Origin: Candidatus Saccharimonadota bacterium
GTDB lineage: Bacteria > Patescibacteriota > Saccharimonadia > Saccharimonadales > UBA4665
DNA: 32,000 nucleotides
Direction of reading: 5' to 3'
Assembly: GCA_002952755.1 (NCBI GenBank)
Contig: CP025011.1
Span: 1,080,001 to 1,112,000, forward strand
Positions 15,655-25,049 of the stretch are shown piece after piece. Made by a program: the position numbers and the translations under genes. How positions within the stretch are numbered: the first letter of the stretch is position 1; each line of letters begins with the position of its first letter. The notes under the pieces were generated by a model. That model did no database searches, was not told the DNA's origin, and saw nothing but the letters and a program-made list of their open reading frames with translations.

Positions 15655-17598
15655 ATGAAACCACACACTATAAATCGTAGTGCGGCACTGCGCGCGCAGC
15701 GGCGCAATAAAGAAGATGCCGAACGCATTGTCAGCCACTATACCAGCACCAAAGCACGGCCGCAGGCCACTAACGTGCCCTATTCGCATGACCTACTAAA
15801 GCTTACTTTCTTAGGTGGCCTGGACGGGGTCGGCGAAAAGAATATGGCTATCTTGGAATGGCAAAACGACGCTCTCGTGCTCGATTGCGGCAACAATCTA
15901 GGCGTTGATCTGCCAGGCGTTAACTACGAAATATGCGATCCCAGTTATCTGCAAAGCATCCGACATAAAGTTCGTGCGTATGTTATATCGCACGGCCATC
16001 TCGACCATATGGGAGGCTTACGACATATCGTGCCGCAAGTGCCTGCACCGATATACGGCTCGCCATTCACGCTTGGTGTAGTAGCGAAATCTTTTGCCGA
16101 CGCTGCATCGGAAACCGGGCAGGACTTTGCACCCAAACTCATACCAATGCAGATCGACAATCATGAACGGCTCAAAATAGGCAGTTTTTTCGTAGAGCTT
16201 ATTCGCGTCACCCATTCAATTCCCGAGCCAACTGCTGTTTGTATCGACACGCCCGTCGGCCGAGTAATTGCCACCGGCGACTTTCGGCTCGACCCAGAAC
16301 CACTCGACAACCTACCAACTGATACAAACCGCCTGGCTGAACTGGGAAGTCAAGGGGTGTTGCTTCTGCTCAGCGAAAGCAGCTACGCGAACAGTGAAGG
16401 ACGCACTCCACCCGAGCATACTCTGCAGCAAAGCTTCTACGATGTCATAGAGCAAAGCCCGGGCCGCATCTTCGTCACCGTCTTTTCCAGTAATATTAAC
16501 CGCATCCAGATGGTTATCAACGCTGCGGTGAGGGCAGGACGCACAGTGGCTCTCGACGGACGGAGCATGCTGGGGTTTAGCGAAATCGCCGTTCGGCAGG
16601 GTATTCTCAAAATTCCCAAAGGCATGGTCCTACCTATGCAGCAGACAGCTTCGGTTGCCGATGATAAACTGCTTATCATGTCGACTGGCGGACAAGGGGA
16701 GCCAGGCGCAGCCTTGCAACGTATGAGCGAGGGCGAGCACAAATACATCAAACTAAAGAGCGGTGACACGGTGGTCATTAGCTCTACACCGATTCCAGGC
16801 AACGAAATACGCTATGATCAACTGAGCAATAACCTGGCCAGGAAGGGTGTGCACCTATTCCGTCATCCGACGCATGAGCTGGATGGCTGTGGGCCGCTGC
16901 ACGTCTCCGGACATGCTAGGCGCGAAGAAATGCGCGAGATGTTGCAACTCACCAAGCCACGATTCTTTATACCGGTCCACGCTGGCGCACTTAGGCGTCG
17001 TTACCATGCCGACATCGCCCTACAGGAAGGCTGGTCACGTTCCAGCATACTTCTTCCCAATAATGGTGAGAGCGTCCTACTGAGTGCCGATACTATGAAG
17101 ATAGGCCCCACAGTGTCGTATGGTAGCTTATTGGTTGACTCCAACGGCAACCTGGTGAGCAATGTCGTCGTCAAAGATCGACTACTATTAGCGAACGAGG
17201 GCATTATAGCCGTCGTACTCACCGTCGACAAAGCGACAGGCCGTCTGCTGACCAGTCCCGATATCATCAGCCGCGGATTCATTAATATGCGCGACAACGA
17301 AGCGCTTATGAATGACTTCCGATCGGAACTGCGCCGGGCAACCGAACAGCGCTTCAAGCGTATCGACCTCGATCGCTTTAAAGCCGAACTTCGTGATCAT
17401 ATGACTCAGTTCTTGTTTGACAGCACAGGGCGTAGCCCTCTAGTTATTCCAGTGGTCAATCTTGTCGGCAGCACCAAATCTGTCAAAACTTCAGGTAAAA
17501 GCAAAGCAGCAGGCGTAACCGAACAGCTGGCCGAAAAAGAGCACGCACGCTTCCAGCAGATGCGTGCCCGTTTACTTGGTCAGGACCAGATAAACTAG
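15655..17598 (+). CDS. rnj: Ribonuclease J (metallo-beta-lactamase / beta-CASP family)
   Basis: LTFLGGLDGVGEKNM...LDCG, the HxHxDH motif in ISHGHLDHMGG, beta-CASP region landmarks, and HVSGHA near the C-terminal part. AAGGAA RBS. There are N- and C-terminal extensions. Confidence 0.85.
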   Translation: MKPHTINRSAALRAQRRNKEDAERIVSHYTSTKARPQATNVPYSHDLLKLTFLGGLDGVGEKNMAILEWQNDALVLDCGNNLGVDLPGVNYEICDPSYLQSIRHKVRAYVISHGHLDHMGGLRHIVPQVPAPIYGSPFTLGVVAKSFADAASETGQDFAPKLIPMQIDNHERLKIGSFFVELIRVTHSIPEPTAVCIDTPVGRVIATGDFRLDPEPLDNLPTDTNRLAELGSQGVLLLLSESSYANSEGRTPPEHTLQQSFYDVIEQSPGRIFVTVFSSNINRIQMVINAAVRAGRTVALDGRSMLGFSEIAVRQGILKIPKGMVLPMQQTASVADDKLLIMSTGGQGEPGAALQRMSEGEHKYIKLKSGDTVVISSTPIPGNEIRYDQLSNNLARKGVHLFRHPTHELDGCGPLHVSGHARREEMREMLQLTKPRFFIPVHAGALRRRYHADIALQEGWSRSSILLPNNGESVLLSADTMKIGPTVSYGSLLVDSNGNLVSNVVVKDRLLLANEGIIAVVLTVDKATGRLLTSPDIISRGFINMRDNEALMNDFRSELRRATEQRFKRIDLDRFKAELRDHMTQFLFDSTGRSPLVIPVVNLVGSTKSVKTSGKSKAAGVTEQLAEKEHARFQQMRARLLGQDQIN

Positions 17599-17621
17599 GT
17601 ACTAACTGCTATACTTCACAC

Positions 17622-18266
17622 ATGAAATTATCGCCGCCACTCCTCAAATACGCTGGCAGCTTTCAAACAATCCCGGCCGCTCAGCTACAAAGCGACATTA
17701 CACTGGAGCAAGTGAGGCTTACCGATTTCGAGGCCACCAGCTTGATAGCCCGCAGCCTCGCTTTTGATGAAGCTATCTTTGAAAAAGTTACGCTCACCCA
17801 AGCCAAACTCGAGAAACTGAGTATAGGCGATGCCGAACTCACTACCTGCAACCTCTCGGCGGTGGATTGTAATAACGCCTCATGTATCCGCGTTTGTTTT
17901 AAAGACTGCCGCTTAACAGGCATAGACTTCAGCCGGAGCACGCTCAAAGACGTATTGTTTGATACTTGCAAACTCGACATGGCCAACTTCCGCTTTAGCA
18001 AGCTCAACCGGGTTACTTTTCGTAATTGCGTACTGGACGAAGCCGACTTCCAGGAGGCTGAGCTACATGAAGTAAGCTTTGCATTGTCTCATCTAAGTCG
18101 AGTCGAGCTCACTCATGCCAAGCTTACAAAAGTTGATGCCCGCAGCGCCACTTTACATGACCTGCGCGGATGGAGTTACCTCCACGGCCTCATTATTGAT
18201 GGGACTCAGCTGATCGCTATTGCCCCAGAACTAGCCGCCGAGCTTGGCATACATATCGAACCGTGA
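17622..18266 (+). CDS. Pentapeptide-repeat protein
   Basis: Tandem A(D/N)LxX-type repeats are visible (LTQAKLEKLSIGDAELTTCNLSAVDCNNASCIRVCFKDCRLTGIDFSRSTLKDVLFDTCKLDMANFRFSKLNRVTFRNCVLDEADFQEAEL). TATACT lies 6 nt before the ATG. Confidence 0.8.
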   Translation: MKLSPPLLKYAGSFQTIPAAQLQSDITLEQVRLTDFEATSLIARSLAFDEAIFEKVTLTQAKLEKLSIGDAELTTCNLSAVDCNNASCIRVCFKDCRLTGIDFSRSTLKDVLFDTCKLDMANFRFSKLNRVTFRNCVLDEADFQEAELHEVSFALSHLSRVELTHAKLTKVDARSATLHDLRGWSYLHGLIIDGTQLIAIAPELAAELGIHIEP

Positions 18267-18270
18267 GAAT

Positions 18271-19905
18271 CTATAGATTTGTTCTGAGCAAATAAGTAGT
18301 CACCGGGCCACTATCGGTTATACGCTCATCAACTTGTGTGTAGTAGGTATCGACAAATTTTTGCAAATCGGTATTGCTGTCGCGGGTATGAAAATCTATG
18401 TAATAGATAACTCCCATGCGCTTAAGTGTCTCATAATAGGGATGATCATCGACCACGGGAGGATCAAGGATGCTGTAACAGTTGAGATGGATGTGCCAAC
18501 AAGCAAAAAATGAGTCGCTAAAATCGTCCGATATTACTTTCGAGCCAGCGGGAATAACGCTCTCTAGGGCAAGCGAAGTAGTGTAATGATACTTGTCCAG
18601 GTACTGATATCGCACAATATTTTGTATGGCGGCGGTCATCGTAATAGCGACGGCGATTGCTCCGCATACAAAAATTTGCCACGTGCCAAGCAGTTTGCGT
18701 TGCTGCAACCTCGACAGCCACAAGGCGCCGCCCGCGACTGTCAGGAACAGACCACCCCATAGATATCGCCCTTCAAGCAGCACTAATGAGTAACCCGCAA
18801 TCATAATGCCGAGTAGATACGCAAATAACACATACTCCTGTTTACGCTCTTTCTTTTGCTCCAGCGCGCCACACAACAGGCCAAATAGACCAAGTAGCCC
18901 CACTGGCCCAAACGCCATCCATGAACTACTTGCCTCGGCTAGATTATGGCCAATGACGCGCTGCCAGAAAAACGTAAAGTCCTTCCCCGAATCCAAAGGC
19001 GACCACCTAGGGAAAAGACGTGTCAGTTGGGTAGGGTCTTCCCAAATGCTCATGGCCGAACTATTCGGCGGAGCGAGCGGCCCCATATGCGTCATTGCAC
19101 CGAGGCCTAAACCGGCGGGACCGTAGGTGACGTGATCGTAAGCGCCAGCGTTATTAATCGTTGGCGTGTGGTATTTGCAGGAAATAGCAATGATAAACGG
19201 CGCTACCAGCAGGGTAAACATTGCGAGCATGGGCAAATACCTCTTGAGCGTTATCTTCCATTTTCGCTCGTCCTTATACCACCACTGCCACAGGCCAATC
19301 GACCCGATAACGCCTATAAATAAGAAAAAGCCAAACCCTTTCGCAAAGAACATACAGGCGCCGAGTGCGCCCACTATCAGACCCATCTTAAGCGTTGGGC
19401 GAGACAAAAAAGTATTCAATGTGAGGCCAAAAAGAAGCGTAGCAAGCGCTATGAGGACATCAGGAGTAACCGGGCCAACCGTAGACCATTGCAGTAGCAT
19501 ACTCCCCAGCGCGAGCGATATAAGAAGCAGGATAAACCGGCTCACATTGCGTATAGACAAATAGGCATACAATGTCACTAATATTCCCAAGCTTCCTAGT
19601 ACTGCAATAATTTTGGCAGCCGAAATCATGTTGGCATGCAGCCACACAGCGGGCACGAGCAGCCACGATAATAATGGACCCCAGTAGCCATTGAGCGCGT
19701 GGCTAACGTCCCCATGAGCGTATTTGTAAGCGATAGTGAAATAAGAGGCCGCATCCGGGTTGAGTTGATACTGATACCAACTGAGTGACAGCATGATACC
19801 TACGGTAAGAAACACCAGACAAAGCAGTATAAATAATGCGTGTCGCCTAATGACTTCTACCATTTGACGTATCCAGTTTGTTGCAAACCACATATGTGTT
19901 TTCAT
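18271..19905 (-). CDS. GT-C fold glycosyltransferase (family 39/83, ArnT/PMT-like)
   Basis: 544 aa with at least 10 hydrophobic helices. The first loop carries NPDAASYFTIAYKY, resembling the acidic D-x-x-x-Y loop of polyprenyl-phosphate-sugar dependent GT-C enzymes. The soluble C-terminal domain is about 90 aa. Confidence 0.6.
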   Translation of the reverse strand: MKTHMWFATNWIRQMVEVIRRHALFILLCLVFLTVGIMLSLSWYQYQLNPDAASYFTIAYKYAHGDVSHALNGYWGPLLSWLLVPAVWLHANMISAAKIIAVLGSLGILVTLYAYLSIRNVSRFILLLISLALGSMLLQWSTVGPVTPDVLIALATLLFGLTLNTFLSRPTLKMGLIVGALGACMFFAKGFGFFLFIGVIGSIGLWQWWYKDERKWKITLKRYLPMLAMFTLLVAPFIIAISCKYHTPTINNAGAYDHVTYGPAGLGLGAMTHMGPLAPPNSSAMSIWEDPTQLTRLFPRWSPLDSGKDFTFFWQRVIGHNLAEASSSWMAFGPVGLLGLFGLLCGALEQKKERKQEYVLFAYLLGIMIAGYSLVLLEGRYLWGGLFLTVAGGALWLSRLQQRKLLGTWQIFVCGAIAVAITMTAAIQNIVRYQYLDKYHYTTSLALESVIPAGSKVISDDFSDSFFACWHIHLNCYSILDPPVVDDHPYYETLKRMGVIYYIDFHTRDSNTDLQKFVDTYYTQVDERITDSGPVTTYLLRTNL

Positions 19906-20003
19906 TGCTAGCCTCAGGATAGCATACCAAGAAACGGTCAGATCAACTATCGCCAGGCTGCTAAAAATCCTGCTATAATAATGATCAATATAGAGGGGAA
20001 GTC

Positions 20004-20402
20004 ATGAAAGTAGGGGACCGCTTAGCGTTGGAGGCGTCTGTATTTGGACGCTATATTGTCGGCGAAGTACCCTCGGCTACGGCAACCGAGCTCTACGTTC
20101 GCGTTGTGCGCGGCCACGAAGAGACACTGGCAGCCAACGATAGACGCCTGCTATCGCTTATCCTCAGACACCCATGGACGGTTAGCTGGATTGATGCAGG
20201 GCTAGCTATAGTCAATCCGCATAGCAAGGTCCGCCACCGCCTCCATACTATGTTTGCCATTTTGGAATCAATGCCCGAATATGCAGATTATTTTTTGCCC
20301 CGGCAGCGATCGCCGTTCTATATCGTGATCATCGCATTTGCCACCATAAGAGGTGGTTTTAAGGCTGTGTTGGGCGGCTTGTTTGTAAAGATCCTATCAT
20401 GA
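20004..20402 (+). CDS. Hypothetical small protein with C-terminal hydrophobic segment, translationally coupled to the GMC oxidoreductase
   Basis: GAGGGGAAG RBS. Its stop overlaps the next start (ATGA at 20399-20402). No motif recognised. Confidence 0.55.
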   Translation: MKVGDRLALEASVFGRYIVGEVPSATATELYVRVVRGHEETLAANDRRLLSLILRHPWTVSWIDAGLAIVNPHSKVRHRLHTMFAILESMPEYADYFLPRQRSPFYIVIIAFATIRGGFKAVLGGLFVKILS

Positions 20403-22012
20403 AGGTATTCGACTACCTGATTGTGGGCTCTGGATGCTCAGGAGCGATGGCCGCCCAAACGCTGGTAGACGCCGGCAGAGAAGTGGCCATGCTGGACGCC
20501 GGCAACGAAAACACGCTCATGTCCCCTGTACCTCAGGGAGATTTTCTGACATTGCGCAAAACCGATCCAGAACAATATCGCTATTTTTTAGGAGAAGATG
20601 CCGAAGGTGTGACGCAGGGCGACATTGGCAAAGGAGCCCAGATAACTCCTGTGCGTAAGCATATGACTACGTATGTCGACACACACTTGTCCGTACAATC
20701 GGACACTTTCTCGCCAGTGGAAAGCCTCGGCTACGGCGGCCTCGGGATAGGCTGGGGACTACAGTGCTGGGAGTACTCAATACCTGAAATGCGTGCCGCA
20801 GGCTTAGAACCACAGCGGATGAAACAAGCCTACGAAACGATCAGCACACGCATAGGCATCAGTGGCACCAAAGATAGTGCGGCCAAATATACGCTTGGGA
20901 GTCTCAAAACATATCAACCATCGCCTACCATGGATCGTAATCATCAGGCAATTTATCAAAAATATGCAGCCCGTAAACACTCCTTTGATAGCAAGGGTCT
21001 TTTTCTGGGTCGCACACCTCTGGCCCTTATCACCAAAGATACCGATGGCCGAAAGGGCTACGCTTACCGCGATATGGACTTTTATACCGATAACGATCAG
21101 AGCGCCTGGCGGCCATGGATGACCATTAATGCACTAAAGCCGCGGTCCAATTTTACCTATATCGGTGGCTACCTGGTGATTCGCTTCATCGAAAAAAAAC
21201 AGCATGTCGAGGTGATCTGCTTACAAATCGGCACGAATAAAACGGCTAGCTTTCGCTGCAAGACACTGATACTCGCAACAGGCACGCTTGGTAGCGCCCG
21301 CATTGCACTGCGCTCGTTAGAGCAGGCCGGCAAACAACTGCCTCTGCTATGCAACCCTTACACGTACGTCCCATGTCTCCAGCCAACGATGGTCGGTAAA
21401 GCAGCCGAGCCAAACAAGCTTGGTTTTGCGCAGTTAAGCCTATTTCTAGATGAGCAGCGTAACAACTTTGATGTCTCAGTCTCCTCGCTCTACACTTATC
21501 AGTCACTGATGCTTTTTAGGATCATCAAACAAGCACCATTCAATCTACGTGATGCCCGGCTTTTATTACAATATGTTTTGTCTGGTATCGTCATAATGGG
21601 CGTGCACCATCCCGACGAGAGAAGCGATCAGAAATATATTTCCCTGGTCGATGATTTGTCATCGCCGACTCAGGACGCACTTAAAATCCATTATGTATTA
21701 GAAGATGATAAAAAACGCGAATTCGCCCGCCGTGAAAAAAAGATTATTGCCGGGGTGCGTAAAACCGGCCTCTATGCGATAAAACGCATTAACCCTGGCT
21801 ATGGATCAAGCATCCATTACGCCGGTACGCTGCCCTTTAGCAAAAAAGACGAGGCTTTTACCCTCCGTAATGACGGGAAACTCCACGGCACGCAGCATGT
21901 ATATGTTGCCGACAGCTCTGGTTTTACCTACTTACCAGCACGTGGCCTCACTTTTTCGCTTTTAGCTAATGCACACACTGTTGCGGAGGGAATACTCCAT
22001 AATGCCTTCTAA
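20399..22012 (+). CDS. GMC-family FAD-dependent oxidoreductase
   Basis: N-terminal FAD fold DYLIVGSGCSGAMAAQTLVDAGREVAMLDAG. The C-terminal segment VYVADSSGFTYLPARGLTFSLLANAHTVAE resembles the GMC C-terminal signature. Confidence 0.7.
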   Translation: MKVFDYLIVGSGCSGAMAAQTLVDAGREVAMLDAGNENTLMSPVPQGDFLTLRKTDPEQYRYFLGEDAEGVTQGDIGKGAQITPVRKHMTTYVDTHLSVQSDTFSPVESLGYGGLGIGWGLQCWEYSIPEMRAAGLEPQRMKQAYETISTRIGISGTKDSAAKYTLGSLKTYQPSPTMDRNHQAIYQKYAARKHSFDSKGLFLGRTPLALITKDTDGRKGYAYRDMDFYTDNDQSAWRPWMTINALKPRSNFTYIGGYLVIRFIEKKQHVEVICLQIGTNKTASFRCKTLILATGTLGSARIALRSLEQAGKQLPLLCNPYTYVPCLQPTMVGKAAEPNKLGFAQLSLFLDEQRNNFDVSVSSLYTYQSLMLFRIIKQAPFNLRDARLLLQYVLSGIVIMGVHHPDERSDQKYISLVDDLSSPTQDALKIHYVLEDDKKREFARREKKIIAGVRKTGLYAIKRINPGYGSSIHYAGTLPFSKKDEAFTLRNDGKLHGTQHVYVADSSGFTYLPARGLTFSLLANAHTVAEGILHNAF

Positions 22013-22907
22013 ACCCGCCCATTCTACCGTTGCAATAACCGGTGCCAATGGTTTTGTCGGCCAGGCTCTCACTGACCATTTTGTCCGTAAGGGCTGGCGA
22101 GTTATTGCTCTGGTACGTCATCCTAAAACACAGCCAAAAAAACAGCATGTACTTTACGTAGCCTATGACCTCACCCAACCAGTAAAGCCGGACATGCTAC
22201 AAGGGGTGGATTTTCTAATCCATACCGCGTATACCCCTTACGACCGTAACCATCCTGACGCGCTAGCCATTAACCTGGCAGGGGCCGAGCGCCTGTTGCA
22301 CGCTGCACGGGCTGCTCGTGTCTCCCACACTGTTTTCTTCTCGACCATGTCAGCACATGATGATGCCGTGTCTATCTACGGAAAGCAGAAATTAGCTATC
22401 GAAAAACTCTTTAACACAAAGAGTGATACCGTGCTCCGCTGCGGGCTCATCATGGGGGACGGTGGTATTGTCAAGAAAATGATCGGCTTTATGAAGAGCA
22501 AACACGTGGTCCCCCTCATAGATGGCGGGCAGCAACCCTTACAAGTGATCAGCATCTTCGATCTTGCCGAGGTTGTCGAGTGCGTAATCGTCAAAAAACT
22601 ATCTGGCGTATTTACGGTTGCGTGCCCAGAAGTGTACAGCTATCGGACCCTATATCAAACGATCGCCAGACGGCTGCATATCAAGATTGTATTCATACCG
22701 GTGCCCTTTACGGTGTTGCTTGCAGGCATGCGTATCATTAGCGCGCTCCATCTGCCGCTTAGCGTCAACGAAGACAATTTATGGGGTCTCAAGAAGCTGC
22801 GCGCCGTAAACAATCGTAGGGACATGCAACGCATCGGCGTCTCTCCAGCCTCGCTCACAGCTATCCTCGATACACCCGGTATTATTCGAGACGATAGGAT
22901 GGTATGA
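22002..22907 (+). CDS. NAD(P)-dependent extended SDR (epimerase/dehydratase/reductase family)
   Basis: VAITGANGFVGQAL (GxxGxxG) and YGKQK (YxxxK). The start at ATG 22002 overlaps the GMC stop by 11 nt. 301 aa. Confidence 0.7.
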   Translation: MPSKPAHSTVAITGANGFVGQALTDHFVRKGWRVIALVRHPKTQPKKQHVLYVAYDLTQPVKPDMLQGVDFLIHTAYTPYDRNHPDALAINLAGAERLLHAARAARVSHTVFFSTMSAHDDAVSIYGKQKLAIEKLFNTKSDTVLRCGLIMGDGGIVKKMIGFMKSKHVVPLIDGGQQPLQVISIFDLAEVVECVIVKKLSGVFTVACPEVYSYRTLYQTIARRLHIKIVFIPVPFTVLLAGMRIISALHLPLSVNEDNLWGLKKLRAVNNRRDMQRIGVSPASLTAILDTPGIIRDDRMV

Positions 22908-22933
22908 TCGAATGAGTAATCAAAAGATGGGCT

Positions 22934-23689
22934 ATGTATAAAGACAAACGAGTCACTGTCTGCTTGCCATGTCGGAACGAATCTGGGCATCTTAAAGACG
23001 TTATCGACAAAATTCCTACATTTGTGGACGAGGTTATCGTAATCAGCAATAAATCCACTGATAATACCGTTGAAGTGGCACGTGCGTTAGGAGTGAAAGC
23101 TGTTGAAGATAATCGGACTATTGGTAACATCGGCTATGGCTTCGCCCATATGACCGGCATTCGCGAGGCAACTGGCGATATCATCGTTGGCGCCGATGGC
23201 GACGCTACCTATCCTATCGAAGACTTAGACCAAGTTATCGACTATCTGCTAGAACATCAGCTCAATTTTATTTCCTGCAACCGATATCCTTTACAAAAGG
23301 GTACAAAGATACCATTCAAGCTGCGATTGGGTGTATGGATGCTTAATACTGAGGTGCGTGTGCTGCATAGAGTCAAAATTCAGGATATTCTTTCAGGCAT
23401 GTGGGTGTTCGAAAGCAGCGTTAAAGACCAATTACAGCTGACCATGGGCGACTGGAACCTCAGCCCACAGATTAAAATTAACGCCAGTACTAACCCGGCT
23501 ATTCGTTTTAGCGAGTACAGCATTGCACAGCATCAACGCCTTGGAGAGTCGCATCAGAATTACTTCAAGACTGGCTTATCTCACGCTACCTGGATATGCA
23601 AAGACCGGATAGAGCACAGTTTCATCGGACGCCTTTTTAGATATACTCCGTCATCTGAATCAAGTGCTAATAATGACCTCGGATTATAA
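22934..23689 (+). CDS. Family 2 glycosyltransferase, polyprenyl-phosphate sugar synthase-like (DPM1/GtrB/ArnC type)
   Basis: VTVCLPCRNESGHLKDVI, VIVISNKSTDNT, and the DxD motif in GADGDATYP. Confidence 0.75.
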   Translation: MYKDKRVTVCLPCRNESGHLKDVIDKIPTFVDEVIVISNKSTDNTVEVARALGVKAVEDNRTIGNIGYGFAHMTGIREATGDIIVGADGDATYPIEDLDQVIDYLLEHQLNFISCNRYPLQKGTKIPFKLRLGVWMLNTEVRVLHRVKIQDILSGMWVFESSVKDQLQLTMGDWNLSPQIKINASTNPAIRFSEYSIAQHQRLGESHQNYFKTGLSHATWICKDRIEHSFIGRLFRYTPSSESSANNDLGL

Positions 23690-23697
23690 ACACCGTA

Positions 23698-24213
23698 ATG
23701 AGGCTGCCCAAAGGTAACGCTATCAGTAAACAGTCGTTGCAAAAGCTGCTCAGAGAGCCTACCGACAATGCCCGTATCCAACTGCTTCGCTATGGCGGTG
23801 TATCGATTGTCGCCTTTGTCTTCGATTTCGGCCTATTATTCATTTTTACCTCCGGACTGCATATTTTTTATCTGCTGTCTACAACCCTGGCGTTCTTTCT
23901 ATCTATCATCGTCAATTACGTCCTTACTACCCGGTGGGTGTTTCAGAAACGCGTTGGTCGTCAAAAACGTGTTGAAGTGGCGCTCTTCGTTGCCATTTGC
24001 ACGGTCGCCTTGCTTTTGAACGACTTGTTTATGTGGATCTTCGTATCCGGGATCCATATCCAGTATTTATTAGCCAAACTCCTTACCGTGGCCATTGTCT
24101 TCTTTTGGAGTTTCGGCGCGCGCCGGGTAATATTCAGTGCCAGTGTACTGGATAGTGCTTTCGTGCAAAGGGTACTACGCATCAGACCATCTAACACGAT
24201 CGAAGACGAGTAA
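23698..24213 (+). CDS. GtrA-family membrane protein (putative lipid-linked sugar translocase)
   Basis: LLRYGGVSIVAFVFDFGLLFIF...LSIIVNYVLTTRWVF is the typical GtrA pattern with four TM helices. Confidence 0.75.
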   Translation: MRLPKGNAISKQSLQKLLREPTDNARIQLLRYGGVSIVAFVFDFGLLFIFTSGLHIFYLLSTTLAFFLSIIVNYVLTTRWVFQKRVGRQKRVEVALFVAICTVALLLNDLFMWIFVSGIHIQYLLAKLLTVAIVFFWSFGARRVIFSASVLDSAFVQRVLRIRPSNTIEDE

Positions 24214-24391
24214 CTACGCGCTTACGCATAGCCGGACAGAAGAGATCTTAATCGAGTTATCATTAACCAAACTTTAGCGGTGGATTCTAAAGTCCGTGCG
24301 CAGGATAGTGCACCATCGTCAATACTACCCGGCTAACGTTTCGTGGTCATAATCTTATGAGACTCCACGCGCCTATATGGAGTATTTTCGT

Positions 24392-24421
24392 ACAAAAATC
24401 CCCCAGCTATGGCACTGGGGG
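24392..24421 (-). terminator. Intrinsic terminator of the 24447-24707 gene
   Basis: CCCCCAG (24400-24406) pairs with CTGGGGG (24415-24421). On the - strand the stem is followed by ATTTTTGT. Confidence 0.65.
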
Positions 24422-24446
24422 ATAGTAGAGTTCGGCTCCGTGCGGG

Positions 24447-24707
24447 CTACAGCGTCATGTCTACGAGTGTCCAGGAGCGTTCGCTGTTATTAAACTGCAG
24501 ACGGTAGTCGCGACTGCCATCGGTCATATCAAAGACCTGGATGAGCTGCTGGCCCTTGCGAACTAAGTAGCGCAAACCGTCCATGAAGGTGTATTCGCGG
24601 CCTTCGTATTCCATACGGCGAGGGTAGCTCTTTATGTTTGGGCCATCATTGGTAAAGTACAATTCGGGGATAAAAACTTCTTTGCTTACAGTGATACGCT
24701 GATCCAT
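24447..24707 (-). CDS. Small hypothetical protein (86 aa)
   Basis: GGAG lies 9 nt upstream of the ATG on the - strand and a terminator lies just downstream. No motif recognised. Confidence 0.55.
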   Translation of the reverse strand: MDQRITVSKEVFIPELYFTNDGPNIKSYPRRMEYEGREYTFMDGLRYLVRKGQQLIQVFDMTDGSRDYRLQFNNSERSWTLVDMTL

Positions 24708-25049
24708 AGGTCAAGCTCCTATTCTTTGATTTAGAGTTATTTTAAGAGGTCTGTTCGTGAGGACACGCCAGTGAACGGATTTAAAAGAGTGCTTTTAGCG
24801 GCAGGTACGACACCGTTCGTCTCGTTTGCTTCTAGCTAAAACACTTGCTTGATTCTTAGGGATTAACAGTGACGCTTAAGCATAAGACTCAGTGTGTATG
24901 TGTTCCCAAACTCTCGTATGTAAGCCTGTGAGTAAGAAGGCCCCAGGGGCCAGCACACACATTGCTACTGCTTAGTATAAACCTGCCGGAAAATCGGATG
25001 CAATAGTTTGTCCGTAGTTTCTTATACACCGTTTTTCCTGCGGTTTCAC

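Noticed and set aside
24780-24860. Possible tmRNA tag region on the - strand (GCAAACGAG... resembles the GCAAACGACGAA start of tag reading frames)
   Set aside because: The frame does not end in an ALAA-type tag followed by a stop, and there is no tRNA-like GGTTCGA...CCA 3' end nearby.
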